A DNA stretch of 46,063 nucleotides from a virus. Where the stretch lies: positions 1 to 46,063 of the IMG/VR virus record IMGVR_UViG_3300021077_000115. One strand, written 5' to 3'. The translations under genes and the position numbers were made by a program. The notes beneath the pieces are model-generated. The model made no database searches, was not told where the DNA came from, and was given only the letters and a program-made list of their open reading frames with translations. Positions 34,457 through 44,400 of this stretch are shown piece after piece (the first letter of the stretch is position 1; each line of letters begins with the position of its first letter).

Positions 34457-35392
34457 TTATCCATATGGAAGTTCATGGGTGTGTGGATTATCATCGAACA
34501 TTATCCACCTGTTAGATACGCCACGACTATCAAGGAATGCCATCATGTCCCGCGCCCCATCGCCATTCGAAGAGTGGATATGGATCACTTCCGGAGCTTT
34601 GTGCAGATACCTCATCAGATAGCCGCAAGCATCTCTGCCGGTCAGATCACAATCTCCCATATAGCTACGGTGTTCGAAATCATTCAGGTCATGATCCAAA
34701 CTGATCATGTCAAAGTGATCGTATCTCTCCAATGCTTCGCGGTATTCATCGATATCGTATACGTGTATGATCTCGTCTAATGGATATCGAGCATCCATTA
34801 TATCGTGGCGAGCTGGATTGTCATCAAGGAACAAGATTCTTGTATGATAAGTTACTGGCTCTTGATCTATATGTGAGTTGATAGCGGCATCCTCTTCCTG
34901 TAATAGTTTCTTCCTTGGCTCATCTAAATGGTCTGTGTAACAAATTAGAGTGTTGTGTCTCGAACATACATGAATTTGTATCTTGCGAGTGGTTAGATAT
35001 CTGAATAGAGATGGAGTTCCACAAGCAGAACCATCAGTATTTTTACCAAGGTATAGTATTATTTTGGTTTGCATTAGAACGTTCAACAGACCATTGTTAT
35101 AGTTGGAGGGCCAGCTAACAAAGGCGATGTCGATTTCATCATGCATATCTTGGAAGAATTGATGTCGCAGCTCAATCTCCGGAGGTACACCATTGAAGAT
35201 TTTGCGATTGTACTCCTTATCAATCGCAATGATCTTGGCGGCACCCAGCCTCAGAAGTTCGAGAGCAAGCCCCAAATCCCCAGCGCCAAGGTCGTGGATT
35301 ATCTTACCAATAACAAGCGGGGCTAACACGCCAAGCTGAGTTTTGTTGAGCTGTCCGTATGACATAACATTCTCTTCTCTATCAACTTGCAC
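34457..35392 (-). CDS. Two-domain protein: an N-terminal Rossmann/SAM-methyltransferase-like domain and a C-terminal receiver (CheY-like) domain-like region.
   Basis: IHDLGAGDLGLALELL is a GxGxG segment. The C-terminal RILFLDDNP … FDMISLDHDL … VIHIHSSNGDG pattern resembles REC-domain signature segments. Confidence 0.35.
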   Translation of the reverse strand: MQVDREENVMSYGQLNKTQLGVLAPLVIGKIIHDLGAGDLGLALELLRLGAAKIIAIDKEYNRKIFNGVPPEIELRHQFFQDMHDEIDIAFVSWPSNYNNGLLNVLMQTKIILYLGKNTDGSACGTPSLFRYLTTRKIQIHVCSRHNTLICYTDHLDEPRKKLLQEEDAAINSHIDQEPVTYHTRILFLDDNPARHDIMDARYPLDEIIHVYDIDEYREALERYDHFDMISLDHDLNDFEHRSYMGDCDLTGRDACGYLMRYLHKAPEVIHIHSSNGDGARDMMAFLDSRGVSNRWIMFDDNPHTHELPYG

Positions 35393-36378
35393 AATGATGA
35401 ACGTTCAGAAATACCCCTTGTCTTACCATAAAGCGCTGAATTGTAACCGCTCCAAGTCTCTAAAGGCTTCCCTGGGACTGGTAATGTTTCTCTCTTGTTG
35501 GGAAGCCTACCATGCAAGTTATAAAAAGACTGTATATCGTACAAGATTATATCTTCGGTTAGTCTTGGTTTGCCCTTTGGATTCTGAACACCGCGTTCTT
35601 TTTGAAGTAATTTTGCTAATGTAGATCCTCCCGGCAAACCACGCTGACCACGGCTAAGGTAAATATCATAATGGGTCCAAGATTCGTATGATTTATCTGG
35701 AACTCCAAAGCTAGAATTAGTCTTAGGCCAAAACCCATGTTGCTGAAAAAATCTATCAGCATCCTCCAATATTGTTTCCTCGGTTATTTTATCTGAAAAG
35801 CGATTATCTTCTAATGACTCTGCCTCTAGAAGTTTCTTCCTAGCCATGGCTTGTCTTGGGTACCAATCGCCAAATAAATCCCTTGATATAATATCCTTTA
35901 TAACCGGAACAAATAACAGCCAAGCTTCGTATGGCATGTCTCTTCGTAGCGTATTGCATCTTTGACAAGCCGGCACAACATTCATTTTCAAATGCCCAAG
36001 ATCGTTATAAACACGGTCGAGTCCAAGCAAACGTATATCGCGTTCACCGCAATATGAGCATCCATTACTAATCTTCTCTTCAATGAATTCCTTTGTCAGA
36101 TCACAATTTCGTCCTCTTGCTTTGTCACCTGTTTTGTAGCTGCGTAATAAGTTTGCTGAGTGGCCTATTCCTTGGGCTCTATTAATAGCAGCCCTGTGTA
36201 ATCTTTTTTTATCTATTTCTGGCGATCTTTTTTCTTTGTTACGTTTGATGTAACATGGTTTACATACATCTTTGTATACCGGCTTCCCATTTTTCGCAAT
36301 GTATGAAACATAGAACAGATCTGTCTTTTGCGGACCACATACTTTACATACTTTTATTTCTAAATTTTCCATGACCAA
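35323..36378 (-). CDS. HNH endonuclease with an N-terminal zinc ribbon.
   Basis: CSYCGERDIRLLGLDRVYNDLGHLKMNVVPACQRCN carries the C-x2-C…H…N…H…C-x2-C HNH signature. The N-terminus is CKVCG…CKPCY. Confidence 0.6.
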   Translation of the reverse strand: MVMENLEIKVCKVCGPQKTDLFYVSYIAKNGKPVYKDVCKPCYIKRNKEKRSPEIDKKRLHRAAINRAQGIGHSANLLRSYKTGDKARGRNCDLTKEFIEEKISNGCSYCGERDIRLLGLDRVYNDLGHLKMNVVPACQRCNTLRRDMPYEAWLLFVPVIKDIISRDLFGDWYPRQAMARKKLLEAESLEDNRFSDKITEETILEDADRFFQQHGFWPKTNSSFGVPDKSYESWTHYDIYLSRGQRGLPGGSTLAKLLQKERGVQNPKGKPRLTEDIILYDIQSFYNLHGRLPNKRETLPVPGKPLETWSGYNSALYGKTRGISERSSLCKLIEKRMLCHTDSSTKLSLAC

Positions 36379-36514
36379 AAAGAATGGGCGAACGAGTCCA
36401 TCTCTTTGGCTCTAAGTATCTATCAATTAAAACGAAGTATTCATTTCCATTGGTTTCAAACCCATCGCCCATCACAAATACATATATCAATATGCATAGG
36501 TGTGTGGATAGCTT

Positions 36515-38491
36515 CTACTTCAATGCTGTTATTTCTGCGGTAAATCCACCAGATAATAGGGGAAATCTACACCAAGTATCGGCTTCTAGGCTGTGATTAT
36601 CGCAGTGCAAAGAAGGTGAAAATTTAATTCTTTTCCACTGGTTTCTTGACCACAGAGTGAAGAACTTTTTGACGTATGAAACTGCCAATGGATTTGTGAT
36701 ATCAGTCCGTTCACGACGCAGGCAATCAAGTACCTCTTGTGGTCCCTTCTTCTCCAGAATAGCCCATGTCTCGATGGCATCGAGGACTGTGTAAGGCATC
36801 AAGTCTTCTTCATCGGTTTGCCCCTGCCCTGGCCGCAGCTCAGCGGTTGGTTTCTGAACCACGATACCCTTCAGCGAAGAATAGGTCGTGACCATCGCAG
36901 TCAACCATTCGAGCAGGAAAGCCTTATCAATGCCGCCGATAGGCGCAATGGATCCGGCGGTATCACCATCCATCGTGCAGTAACCCACGGCCGCTTCAGA
37001 GCGATTGCTCGTTGTGATCAGGAGCTTGCCTTCGAGGTTGGCCACCATCCAAATGCCGGGAGCTCGTGCACGGGCCTGAATGTTCTGAAGCGCAAGGTCG
37101 TCCTTATCCCAAGTTAGCGGACGGCCTTCAACTTGCTCAGCCAACGCTGTGTAGCGCTTCACAATTGAATCGATGCTGATGCTCTTGAACTTGGCACCAA
37201 GCTGCTTAGCAACGTCTCTAGCTGCCTTGAGCGTTACCTTGGAGCTGTTCGATGTAGATTGATAAACGCACGTCAATAACTTACTCATGAGCTTCTTACA
37301 ATCAGATGGATCTTTATAGTTTGCGCCATGGCAAAGGTCGCCCAGGCCAATCCGATTGCAGGCCTCTTGTAGGCCAAGCTCTGAAGCTGCGCGCGTAAAC
37401 ATGATGTCAACCAGAACAGCGCATGCTGCTGAATCTGCTCCGCCGCTGAGCGATACCACGAAGCCTTTCGAATGAGACTTTTCCAAGTAGTCGAAGAGCC
37501 CAAGCGTAATCGCATTGGTGAACTCTTCATGCTTGGTGATTGAAGTGTCTTGAACTGGCTTCGTTACTTTCTCTTCGCTGTTTGCTAACTTACCACCACA
37601 CCTTATCATTCCATTAGCTTCAAGGTTTGGTGAGAAGCTTGCGGTACTGACAATTTTCGTAGTGGTCTTAGCCAGATCAATGACAGCGGTGGTTAGATTG
37701 ACCCTCTTCATATTCAAATAGGGGCCTCTAGCAAGCAGATCTCCACAGTTTGCGATGAGACAATCTCCGTCATAGATGGCTCGGCCTGCTTCATTACCAA
37801 GAAGATTGGCGTAGATGTACGTGACGTTGAATGCTCGCGAGCCCTCAACAACAAGACGTTCTCTGGTGACTCTCTTTCCAAAGGCAAAGTGAGATGCCGA
37901 AGGATTCAAGATGATATCAACCCCACGCTTTGCTAAAGCATTGCCTGGGCGCTCTGCAACAAAAGCATCCTCGCAGATCTCGAATCCAATATTGACTCCA
38001 TCAATATTGAAAATGAAATCGCCCATCGGCGCACCGCGCAGAGAAAGCCCCTTACTGAGCTGGCCGCGTATGGGAGTTGTTGTTCGTATGCCGCTTGGCC
38101 ATGGTTTGAACCATCGTGGTTCGTAATGAAGACCGTCACCTGCGAGATGTTGTTTGGGAACAATGCCAATAATCTCTTTGTCGTAAACGCAGACCATTAC
38201 ATTGTAGAGTGCATTATGTAGCAGGTACGGCACACCGAAACAGGTGAAGATGCCCTCGGTGCAAGGCAGTAAGTCTTGAAGCACATCCCAGGCACTATCC
38301 CTTACTGCCTCTGATAGGAAATGATCTTCGCAACCGTATCCGGTGATTGCCATCTCAGGCAAGCATAGGATTTTAACACCCTCTCTTTTGGCCTCGTAGA
38401 GGGCATCGATGACGTTCTTTTTGTTGCGCTCCCAATCGAGGGGAGTTTGGTTCAAAGATGCCGCGCCGACTTTGATGTTTGACATGAGCAT
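36515..38491 (-). CDS. nadE: Glutamine-dependent NAD+ synthetase (N-terminal CN-hydrolase/nitrilase domain plus C-terminal NAD synthetase).
   Basis: At 658 aa it has the long two-domain form. The N-terminal Glu/Lys/Cys hydrolase region is ILCLPEMAITGY…FEICEDAF. The PP-loop is VVSLSGGADSAACAVL (SGGxDS). Confidence 0.8.
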   Translation of the reverse strand: MLMSNIKVGAASLNQTPLDWERNKKNVIDALYEAKREGVKILCLPEMAITGYGCEDHFLSEAVRDSAWDVLQDLLPCTEGIFTCFGVPYLLHNALYNVMVCVYDKEIIGIVPKQHLAGDGLHYEPRWFKPWPSGIRTTTPIRGQLSKGLSLRGAPMGDFIFNIDGVNIGFEICEDAFVAERPGNALAKRGVDIILNPSASHFAFGKRVTRERLVVEGSRAFNVTYIYANLLGNEAGRAIYDGDCLIANCGDLLARGPYLNMKRVNLTTAVIDLAKTTTKIVSTASFSPNLEANGMIRCGGKLANSEEKVTKPVQDTSITKHEEFTNAITLGLFDYLEKSHSKGFVVSLSGGADSAACAVLVDIMFTRAASELGLQEACNRIGLGDLCHGANYKDPSDCKKLMSKLLTCVYQSTSNSSKVTLKAARDVAKQLGAKFKSISIDSIVKRYTALAEQVEGRPLTWDKDDLALQNIQARARAPGIWMVANLEGKLLITTSNRSEAAVGYCTMDGDTAGSIAPIGGIDKAFLLEWLTAMVTTYSSLKGIVVQKPTAELRPGQGQTDEEDLMPYTVLDAIETWAILEKKGPQEVLDCLRRERTDITNPLAVSYVKKFFTLWSRNQWKRIKFSPSLHCDNHSLEADTWCRFPLLSGGFTAEITALK

Positions 38492-38495
38492 TTCC

Positions 38496-40031
38496 TCAGA
38501 GCGAATTGAAATTAGCTAGGCGATTTGCTTTGCAGGCATCAATCAATGCTTGTGTGGCTGGTGAGTTGGCGATGGTGTTAATCCCTAATGCTGCCGTTTT
38601 GAAATCCGGTTCGAAGCCGCCGCGCTGGCTTCCTCTATCACTCAAGCAATAGTGGTTTGCGATGGCTTCCCCCTTCTGTCCGATGATTCCAACAGGAATC
38701 CCAATGTTGGCGTGCATTGGATACGGACGATAGATGACTGGAAGTCCTGGGGCAGACTGCTTGCTGTTTCCGGCCTCATCTCCAAATTTCATAGTGGCCA
38801 TGTCACCGCTCTTTGTAAGCTTCCAAACAGCAGCAACGTCATCGCGCCGGAACGTCGTCCACGTTGGCTCCACCAAGAATCCTCCGAAGCCGTAGGCTTG
38901 CCGATCTGGTGACCACTCCATCATCTCACGATACCTCTCGAACTCAATCGTCTTGTGCAGATTCCATCCGCTTTCCAAGATGAGCTGAGGCAACAGACCA
39001 AGACGCAAGCATTCTGTTATCGTGTAGAAGTAGTGGTTCTTGATTCGATCTTCTGAATCGAAACGAATGCCGGCATTGCGGTCTGGCCGCTCTTGAATTG
39101 CGCGCAGCGCTGCAGGGATTCCCGATCGAATAGAATCGAACGTGTCTGGTAAGTAGGAAATGAAACCAGGGAAACGATCACGCATTGTGATGAATGATTG
39201 ATAGTCATTGCCGAAGCGCTGAACATGCTCGTGCCCCATCGTGCCAACCGGAATCATCCCAAGCTCTTTGGCTAGATAGACATTCGATGTGCGCAGAATG
39301 CCTGCCTCTTTTATGGCGCTGAGAGCTATCCTGTGCTGTGCCATGCACGATACGGCACGCATACCAACCTCAAAGATCCGATCTGGATTTCCGCCAACTG
39401 CGTCCACCAAGGCTTTAGCTTTAGCCAAGATGTCTTGGTAGAACTCATCGGAGCGCACTTCAATTTCTGGTACCTTACAGCCAACGAGAGCGCATGTTGA
39501 GATGATGAGCTCCTTCTCTTCTTCACAGGTCGCAAGCATCTTTTGAGGCAGAGTATGCACCTTGCCCGCTGTTGCCACCTGGACAACGAAGTTGAGCATG
39601 AGTGTCGTTGGCTCTAGCCAACTAGCAACAGCTGATGGGCCTGTTGCCGAGAATGCCGGCTCTCGATTGTAGAACCAGGATCCTTCTGGAATGGCCGAGA
39701 CACTTACAGTATTGGCCAACGAGAATGCTTTGCGATACGCCGCGCCAACAGCGTAGGAGTTGGCTTCAAGGTATCTGTAATCTTCGGTAAGTTCTACCGT
39801 AGGGAAATCATTTGGCGGTGGGAATTCGTCAATTGGAAGAAGGCCTTTGACGTACTTCTCCGCGTCTATCGGCATGAAATGCCAGCCATAAAATCCACCG
39901 CGCCTATGAGTATAATAAAATGTCTCTGTTCTTAGTGGAAATCCAGCTTCGGCCATTGATAGTTTATATGCGTCGGTTTCTGTGATTCGTCTCATGATAG
40001 TATAATACCTCAAGCATAATTCGCTTGTCAA
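38496..40031 (-). CDS. Nicotinate/nicotinamide phosphoribosyltransferase-family protein (PncB/NAMPT type II PRTase). The sub-family is not resolvable by eye.
   Basis: The N-terminal TDAYKLSM resembles the TDxYK[LV]T motif. GTMGHEH is a phospho-His-like segment. Length is 511 aa. It is adjacent to nadE. Confidence 0.65.
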   Translation of the reverse strand: MTSELCLRYYTIMRRITETDAYKLSMAEAGFPLRTETFYYTHRRGGFYGWHFMPIDAEKYVKGLLPIDEFPPPNDFPTVELTEDYRYLEANSYAVGAAYRKAFSLANTVSVSAIPEGSWFYNREPAFSATGPSAVASWLEPTTLMLNFVVQVATAGKVHTLPQKMLATCEEEKELIISTCALVGCKVPEIEVRSDEFYQDILAKAKALVDAVGGNPDRIFEVGMRAVSCMAQHRIALSAIKEAGILRTSNVYLAKELGMIPVGTMGHEHVQRFGNDYQSFITMRDRFPGFISYLPDTFDSIRSGIPAALRAIQERPDRNAGIRFDSEDRIKNHYFYTITECLRLGLLPQLILESGWNLHKTIEFERYREMMEWSPDRQAYGFGGFLVEPTWTTFRRDDVAAVWKLTKSGDMATMKFGDEAGNSKQSAPGLPVIYRPYPMHANIGIPVGIIGQKGEAIANHYCLSDRGSQRGGFEPDFKTAALGINTIANSPATQALIDACKANRLANFNSL

Positions 40032-40053
40032 TATGTTTTATCCAATAGTTGGA

Positions 40054-40509
40054 TCACGTATTAGGGGCAAGTTTTAGAGTGTCGAGATCCCAAATTCCAA
40101 GTTCCCTAATCACCATTTCGACTGGTGGCTGCGGCATCTTCTTCCTTTGAATCATACACCAAACCGATGGGCCCCATACCGGATCTTTCCTCCACATTCG
40201 GTATAAGGTTTCGATTTCTTTTTTGGGCAACTCTTCAGCGTCTGCACATGCCCACGCGAACACATCGCTACAATTCACATTCACGCTGATTGACTCTTTA
40301 AACTTCTCAGGAAGATCTTTCTTCCACCAATGATTATTCACAAATACAACGTCATTGAGCAGCAGATGAGCGAGCGCTTTGTCTTTCTCAAAAACTAACT
40401 CATCTGCAGGTCTTCCATGCTTCAACTGGTCTTCCTCAGACCAATCCATTTTCCACTCGATTGATTCTTCGGTGATTACCCACTCAATATTCTCAGCCAT
40501 CAGCGCCAC
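40054..40509 (-). CDS. Hypothetical protein (151 aa).
   Basis: ORF only. Confidence 0.4.
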   Translation of the reverse strand: MALMAENIEWVITEESIEWKMDWSEEDQLKHGRPADELVFEKDKALAHLLLNDVVFVNNHWWKKDLPEKFKESISVNVNCSDVFAWACADAEELPKKEIETLYRMWRKDPVWGPSVWCMIQRKKMPQPPVEMVIRELGIWDLDTLKLAPNT

Positions 40510-40554
40510 TCCTTAAAATGAGAGGGCCTCAGTTGAGGCCCTCTCAAATTACTA

Positions 40555-41373
40555 TCAGATGAAACCTCCAGCGGCTTGGCTAAGACCACCGGAGGTTGCC
40601 TGGCTGAAGCCACCGACGCCGGCTTGACTCACGTTCAGAGCAGACTGCGAGAGCAAACGGAATGCCTCACGGAACTCGTGCTCCGAATTTTCTGGGGTCA
40701 GGATCCAGTTATCCAACAGACCCATCTCCGAGAACATCTTACGGAAGTCGTAGTATCCGTCGCTGATTCCGATGCCGGCAATCACATCCATCTCGTGATT
40801 CATGCGGCCCATTGTTAGTGGGAGAAGTTCCTTTGCCTCCTTGAAGGCCTTGGAATGCTCATCCCTACCGTCTGTGATGAACGCGGTGATTGTTCGACAG
40901 GGAATGCAGGCCTCTTCGTACTCATCGACCTGCTTGGCCACAATTTCGTATGTGACTGCGATTTCGTCATAGAGTGGCGTGCCACCATTCGCGAAGAAGT
41001 TCTGCCGATATACCAACTCGGGAACTTCCTTGAGCTTGCGAAATGGATAGATCACCTCTCCGCTTAGGTTGCGCGCTGCCATGAATACGTCAGCGCCTTG
41101 CTTGCTGCCCAAGAGCGTTCTTCGGATTAGGTTGTGGCCTTCGCACAGAAGTTCTGCGTTGTTCAAATTGCTTTGGGACTTCGGATTCCTTCGCTGCATT
41201 GAGCCGGAATCGTCGAGAAGCAATTGAATAAGCAGCGCAGTACTTACCTTTGCGTTGATGGCCGGCATCCCTTGTCCAGCTTGAATCTTGGCAGTCAAGT
41301 CTGGAATTTGAACCAGGGTTGCCGTAACTCCCTGATCCTGTGTTGATGCAAATAAACTGCTGCTAGAACTCAT
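40555..41373 (-). CDS. von Willebrand factor A (vWA) domain protein.
   Basis: The MIDAS motif is LLLDDSGSM (DxSxS). A Rossmann-like alternation follows. Confidence 0.55.
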   Translation of the reverse strand: MSSSSSLFASTQDQGVTATLVQIPDLTAKIQAGQGMPAINAKVSTALLIQLLLDDSGSMQRRNPKSQSNLNNAELLCEGHNLIRRTLLGSKQGADVFMAARNLSGEVIYPFRKLKEVPELVYRQNFFANGGTPLYDEIAVTYEIVAKQVDEYEEACIPCRTITAFITDGRDEHSKAFKEAKELLPLTMGRMNHEMDVIAGIGISDGYYDFRKMFSEMGLLDNWILTPENSEHEFREAFRLLSQSALNVSQAGVGGFSQATSGGLSQAAGGFI

Positions 41374-41421
41374 AATTGGTATTCCTTGTATTGTGTTTTT
41401 ATTGGGGTGAAATTGAACTCG

Positions 41422-42480
41422 TTATGCAGCCAATTGAATGCCAGGCCAGGTTTCCATACGATCGCTCAGGCGAACGACATTCATTCCAGCATTGCGGAAT
41501 TTGTTGAGCGCCTCTGTGGCGGAGTCTGTAAAGTCTGGCCCACCGAATGCGCTGAGATTCACAGCGGACATTCCATCCTCTGCTATGTACACCTTCTTGG
41601 CAAGGCTTGGATCGTTTGCCAATATCCAGGTAAGTAGATCATCGATCGTGCTTGCCACGCAATGACTTGATGCTTGGCCCATGATGACGACGTAGTCAGC
41701 AGCCAACAGCGTCTTGATCATGCGCATGCGGTTCTCGCCGTTGTCGAGAATGGTTCCGTCGTGCGCAATCTTCACCTCGGGCCCGAGTACGGAGAAGCAC
41801 TCAGTGAGAACGTTGCCTCCTTTAACTTCAGGATCGTTCTCTACGCGGCGCACGAAAGAGTGGAACGAGATGGCTTCAAAGACCGTTCCGATAATTGGAT
41901 GGCCGTCACTGCCGAGAACGCAATGGGGAGCGAAAGCAATGAGGACTTTCTTGCCATCCGTTTCGAGCTTGCGCGCATAGTGCACAACGTAGTCGTTGAT
42001 CCAAGTGCTCGTTGCGCCCGGAATGAAGTTGACCATCGAGGGGATGACTTTGATCTTGCCGGAAGCAATCATGTCTAGTGGGATGATTTGATTTTGCGGA
42101 ACCGGAGTGCCGTCTGCCATTTGCCAGAAGGTCGGCGTGAAGATCTGATAGCGCTTGTGAGTGTCCATCGTTGGTACGATGTCCGTAATCACGTCGAGAT
42201 TTTCGTAGACGAACCTGGCGATGCGATTGCTATCATCGACGGCACCAGTTCCAGAACGCCCGCTAACGAACAGGGTACCGCGCGGATGACAGAAGTCTTT
42301 GTTGGCATCGATGATGAGTACGGTGACCTTCTTCTTCGCTGTCACGGACGCCTTGATCTTATGGTCCTTGCGCCACTCATCTGCAAAGAGACGAAGCTTA
42401 TCTAGGCTCGGGCTATAGTCCCAGTTGCCAGCATTTGCTGGGTTGAAAAACGCTGGGACTGGTAGAAGAGAACGTTGCAT
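41422..42480 (-). CDS. Isochorismatase-family cysteine hydrolase (nicotinamidase/PncA-like) with an N-terminal extension.
   Basis: VTVLIIDANKDFC has the catalytic Asp context. IMGQASSHCVASTIDD has the catalytic Cys in a GxxxxxCVxxT context. Confidence 0.6.
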   Translation of the reverse strand: MQRSLLPVPAFFNPANAGNWDYSPSLDKLRLFADEWRKDHKIKASVTAKKKVTVLIIDANKDFCHPRGTLFVSGRSGTGAVDDSNRIARFVYENLDVITDIVPTMDTHKRYQIFTPTFWQMADGTPVPQNQIIPLDMIASGKIKVIPSMVNFIPGATSTWINDYVVHYARKLETDGKKVLIAFAPHCVLGSDGHPIIGTVFEAISFHSFVRRVENDPEVKGGNVLTECFSVLGPEVKIAHDGTILDNGENRMRMIKTLLAADYVVIMGQASSHCVASTIDDLLTWILANDPSLAKKVYIAEDGMSAVNLSAFGGPDFTDSATEALNKFRNAGMNVVRLSDRMETWPGIQLAA

Positions 42481-42519
42481 TTGTGTTTTACCTTTCTATG
42501 TCCTTCAGTTCCTACTTAC

Positions 42520-44400
42520 TCAGTTAATTTTAAGTTTCACAATGTCGCGCCGTCCGACTACATAAAGCCCATCGGCTGCGGCAAAAAGTCTTGACCCTGA
42601 ATTTACAAACGGCTCTGTGTCGGGGAACTCCTTCGCCACAACAATTTGTGCTCCATTGCACTTCACCTGAACTACACCATCATCGGTTGGGGCAAGAAGG
42701 ACATTGCCGGCAGCCGTTGCTCCACGAATGTTTGACAACCAGGAACCATCACCATGAACGGCCTCAGCTGAAGCTAAGACAGTCCCATCTTGTTGAATGG
42801 CAGAGCAGCGATTGATGGTCTGCCCATTCTCTTGAGATGATGTGAAGAACCAACAGAGCTTGTCGGTAAACGAACAGGAGGCATCTATCAACTGCCCTCG
42901 AATTCTTGGCACCTTGACGCTGTCATTGATGCCACGCGAGTCCGCTTTGAAAATGAATGCGATGTTCAATTCACCAGCGCGATAGAAACCAAACCCAAAT
43001 GTTGGGCCGACCCAAATGTGTGTCAGTCCGGAGATGACAGCTCCAATATACTCTGGTCCAAGTGGCGTGTTTCGATTCAAACGATCGTTGGTTGTCCAGA
43101 ATATGTTGTCAGCATTTGAATCAAACACCGGACGCTCTTGCACGATATCCATCTGAAGCTGTGTTGGCTTCTTGTTTGGTGTAAAGATGGCACCCATTCC
43201 ATCCTTACCAATAATCGTTGAGCTTCCCATTATGCGATATCTGAATCTCGGATCAATCTCGTGCTCAATAACAACGGATCGATCCTCTCGCCTGAATGTT
43301 TCTGCCTCATAATAGAGCCAGAGCATTCGTCCTTTTTGAACTGTTGCGAATACAATAGAACCAGTAGTATTGAACATCTGCGTCACGGTGACACTCTTCC
43401 TAACCGTCACCGTTTGAACAACGGCAATGGGTGGAGCCTTCACGCAGTTGGGACAATTCGGACGAGAATATTCTTGGCCACATACGTTACACTTTGTCCA
43501 GCGCATGTCTTCCAAGCACTTCACAGGGAAGACGCTTCGATTCCCTTGTTCGAAGATGCCGGCAAGATAATGGCACAGCTCATCTGATAGTGCGCTGTAA
43601 TGGATTGCCGTCTTAGGGTATCCAACTTCAGGATTGAATACGCTTATCTTGTGCAGGCCGCGCGCTGTATGGGCAACCTTCTTAGTCCTGTCAGCTGGCT
43701 TATAGATGCCGCCGTACGGATGAACGAAGAGCATGCACTGCATGAACATGACACAGAACGAATACCAATCAGAATCCGGTGTGTGATGCTTGATTAGTTT
43801 GGGCTCCTTCAAACTCGGATCGCACAGCAGTGGATCGATATAGGCCTGCGTGAACATGAAAGATGGGAAGCCTTCAATTGACGCACTGTCAATGTCAATG
43901 ATGTATGGCATATCTGATTTTGCCAGCACCAAAATATTCAGCGGATTGACATCACCAAGGATAACTTTGTGCGCATGAAGGGCAACAAAATCTTCATGGA
44001 TCTTCGTGAAGACATTTCTAACGTGATCATTTGAGATGCCAGCTCTAAACTCCTGGTCACCGTATTCAAGCAGAACGTTAGTGCCACCAATGAATGGCAT
44101 GCGGTAGCCGGCTATCTTCTTCGAATGATCGGTTGTAAATGCAAGCGCATCCGGAACGATAACACTCGGCGGCAAGTTCCTTGGAATGGCTGGAAGCTTC
44201 TTTTGATGCTGGTTGATACGCGCCGATGCCGCTTGCTGAGCCTCCGGCTTTCCTGCAAAGTCAGGATGGTCTGGCTCCTTGAATATCTTCAAGACTTTGT
44301 TATTGGGCAGGCCGTAAATTATTGCCTCGCCGCCCTCACCCTTTACTGAGTTTGGGGTTAGCCTGATCCTTTCCCCTTCGACATCAACCTCTTTAATCAT
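42520..44400 (-). CDS. Protein-kinase-like domain protein (Ser/Thr kinase fold) with a C-terminal zinc ribbon and large C-terminal domain.
   Basis: The Gly-rich loop is GEGGEAIIYG. VLKIF is the Lys strand. The catalytic loop LHAHKVILGDVNPLNILV is HxD-like. IDIDSA is DFG-like. CNVCGQEY…CPNC is also present. Confidence 0.55.
   Translation of the reverse strand: MIKEVDVEGERIRLTPNSVKGEGGEAIIYGLPNNKVLKIFKEPDHPDFAGKPEAQQAASARINQHQKKLPAIPRNLPPSVIVPDALAFTTDHSKKIAGYRMPFIGGTNVLLEYGDQEFRAGISNDHVRNVFTKIHEDFVALHAHKVILGDVNPLNILVLAKSDMPYIIDIDSASIEGFPSFMFTQAYIDPLLCDPSLKEPKLIKHHTPDSDWYSFCVMFMQCMLFVHPYGGIYKPADRTKKVAHTARGLHKISVFNPEVGYPKTAIHYSALSDELCHYLAGIFEQGNRSVFPVKCLEDMRWTKCNVCGQEYSRPNCPNCVKAPPIAVVQTVTVRKSVTVTQMFNTTGSIVFATVQKGRMLWLYYEAETFRREDRSVVIEHEIDPRFRYRIMGSSTIIGKDGMGAIFTPNKKPTQLQMDIVQERPVFDSNADNIFWTTNDRLNRNTPLGPEYIGAVISGLTHIWVGPTFGFGFYRAGELNIAFIFKADSRGINDSVKVPRIRGQLIDASCSFTDKLCWFFTSSQENGQTINRCSAIQQDGTVLASAEAVHGDGSWLSNIRGATAAGNVLLAPTDDGVVQVKCNGAQIVVAKEFPDTEPFVNSGSRLFAAADGLYVVGRRDIVKLKIN

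Noticed and set aside
36384-37530. Small ORFs 36384..36596+, 36586..36780-, 36737..37117+, 37285..37530- around and within nadE.
   Set aside because: They overlap the well-supported nadE coding sequence or its 3' flank. No RBS or motif support.
38496-40031. Calling the PRTase specifically NAMPT (NadV), as in known phage NAD+ reconstitution pathways.
   Set aside because: The visible motifs (TDAYKLSM, GTMGHEH) fit the general NAPRT/NAMPT family, and lean to PncB-like if anything. Sub-family cannot be decided without profile searches, so only the family is called.
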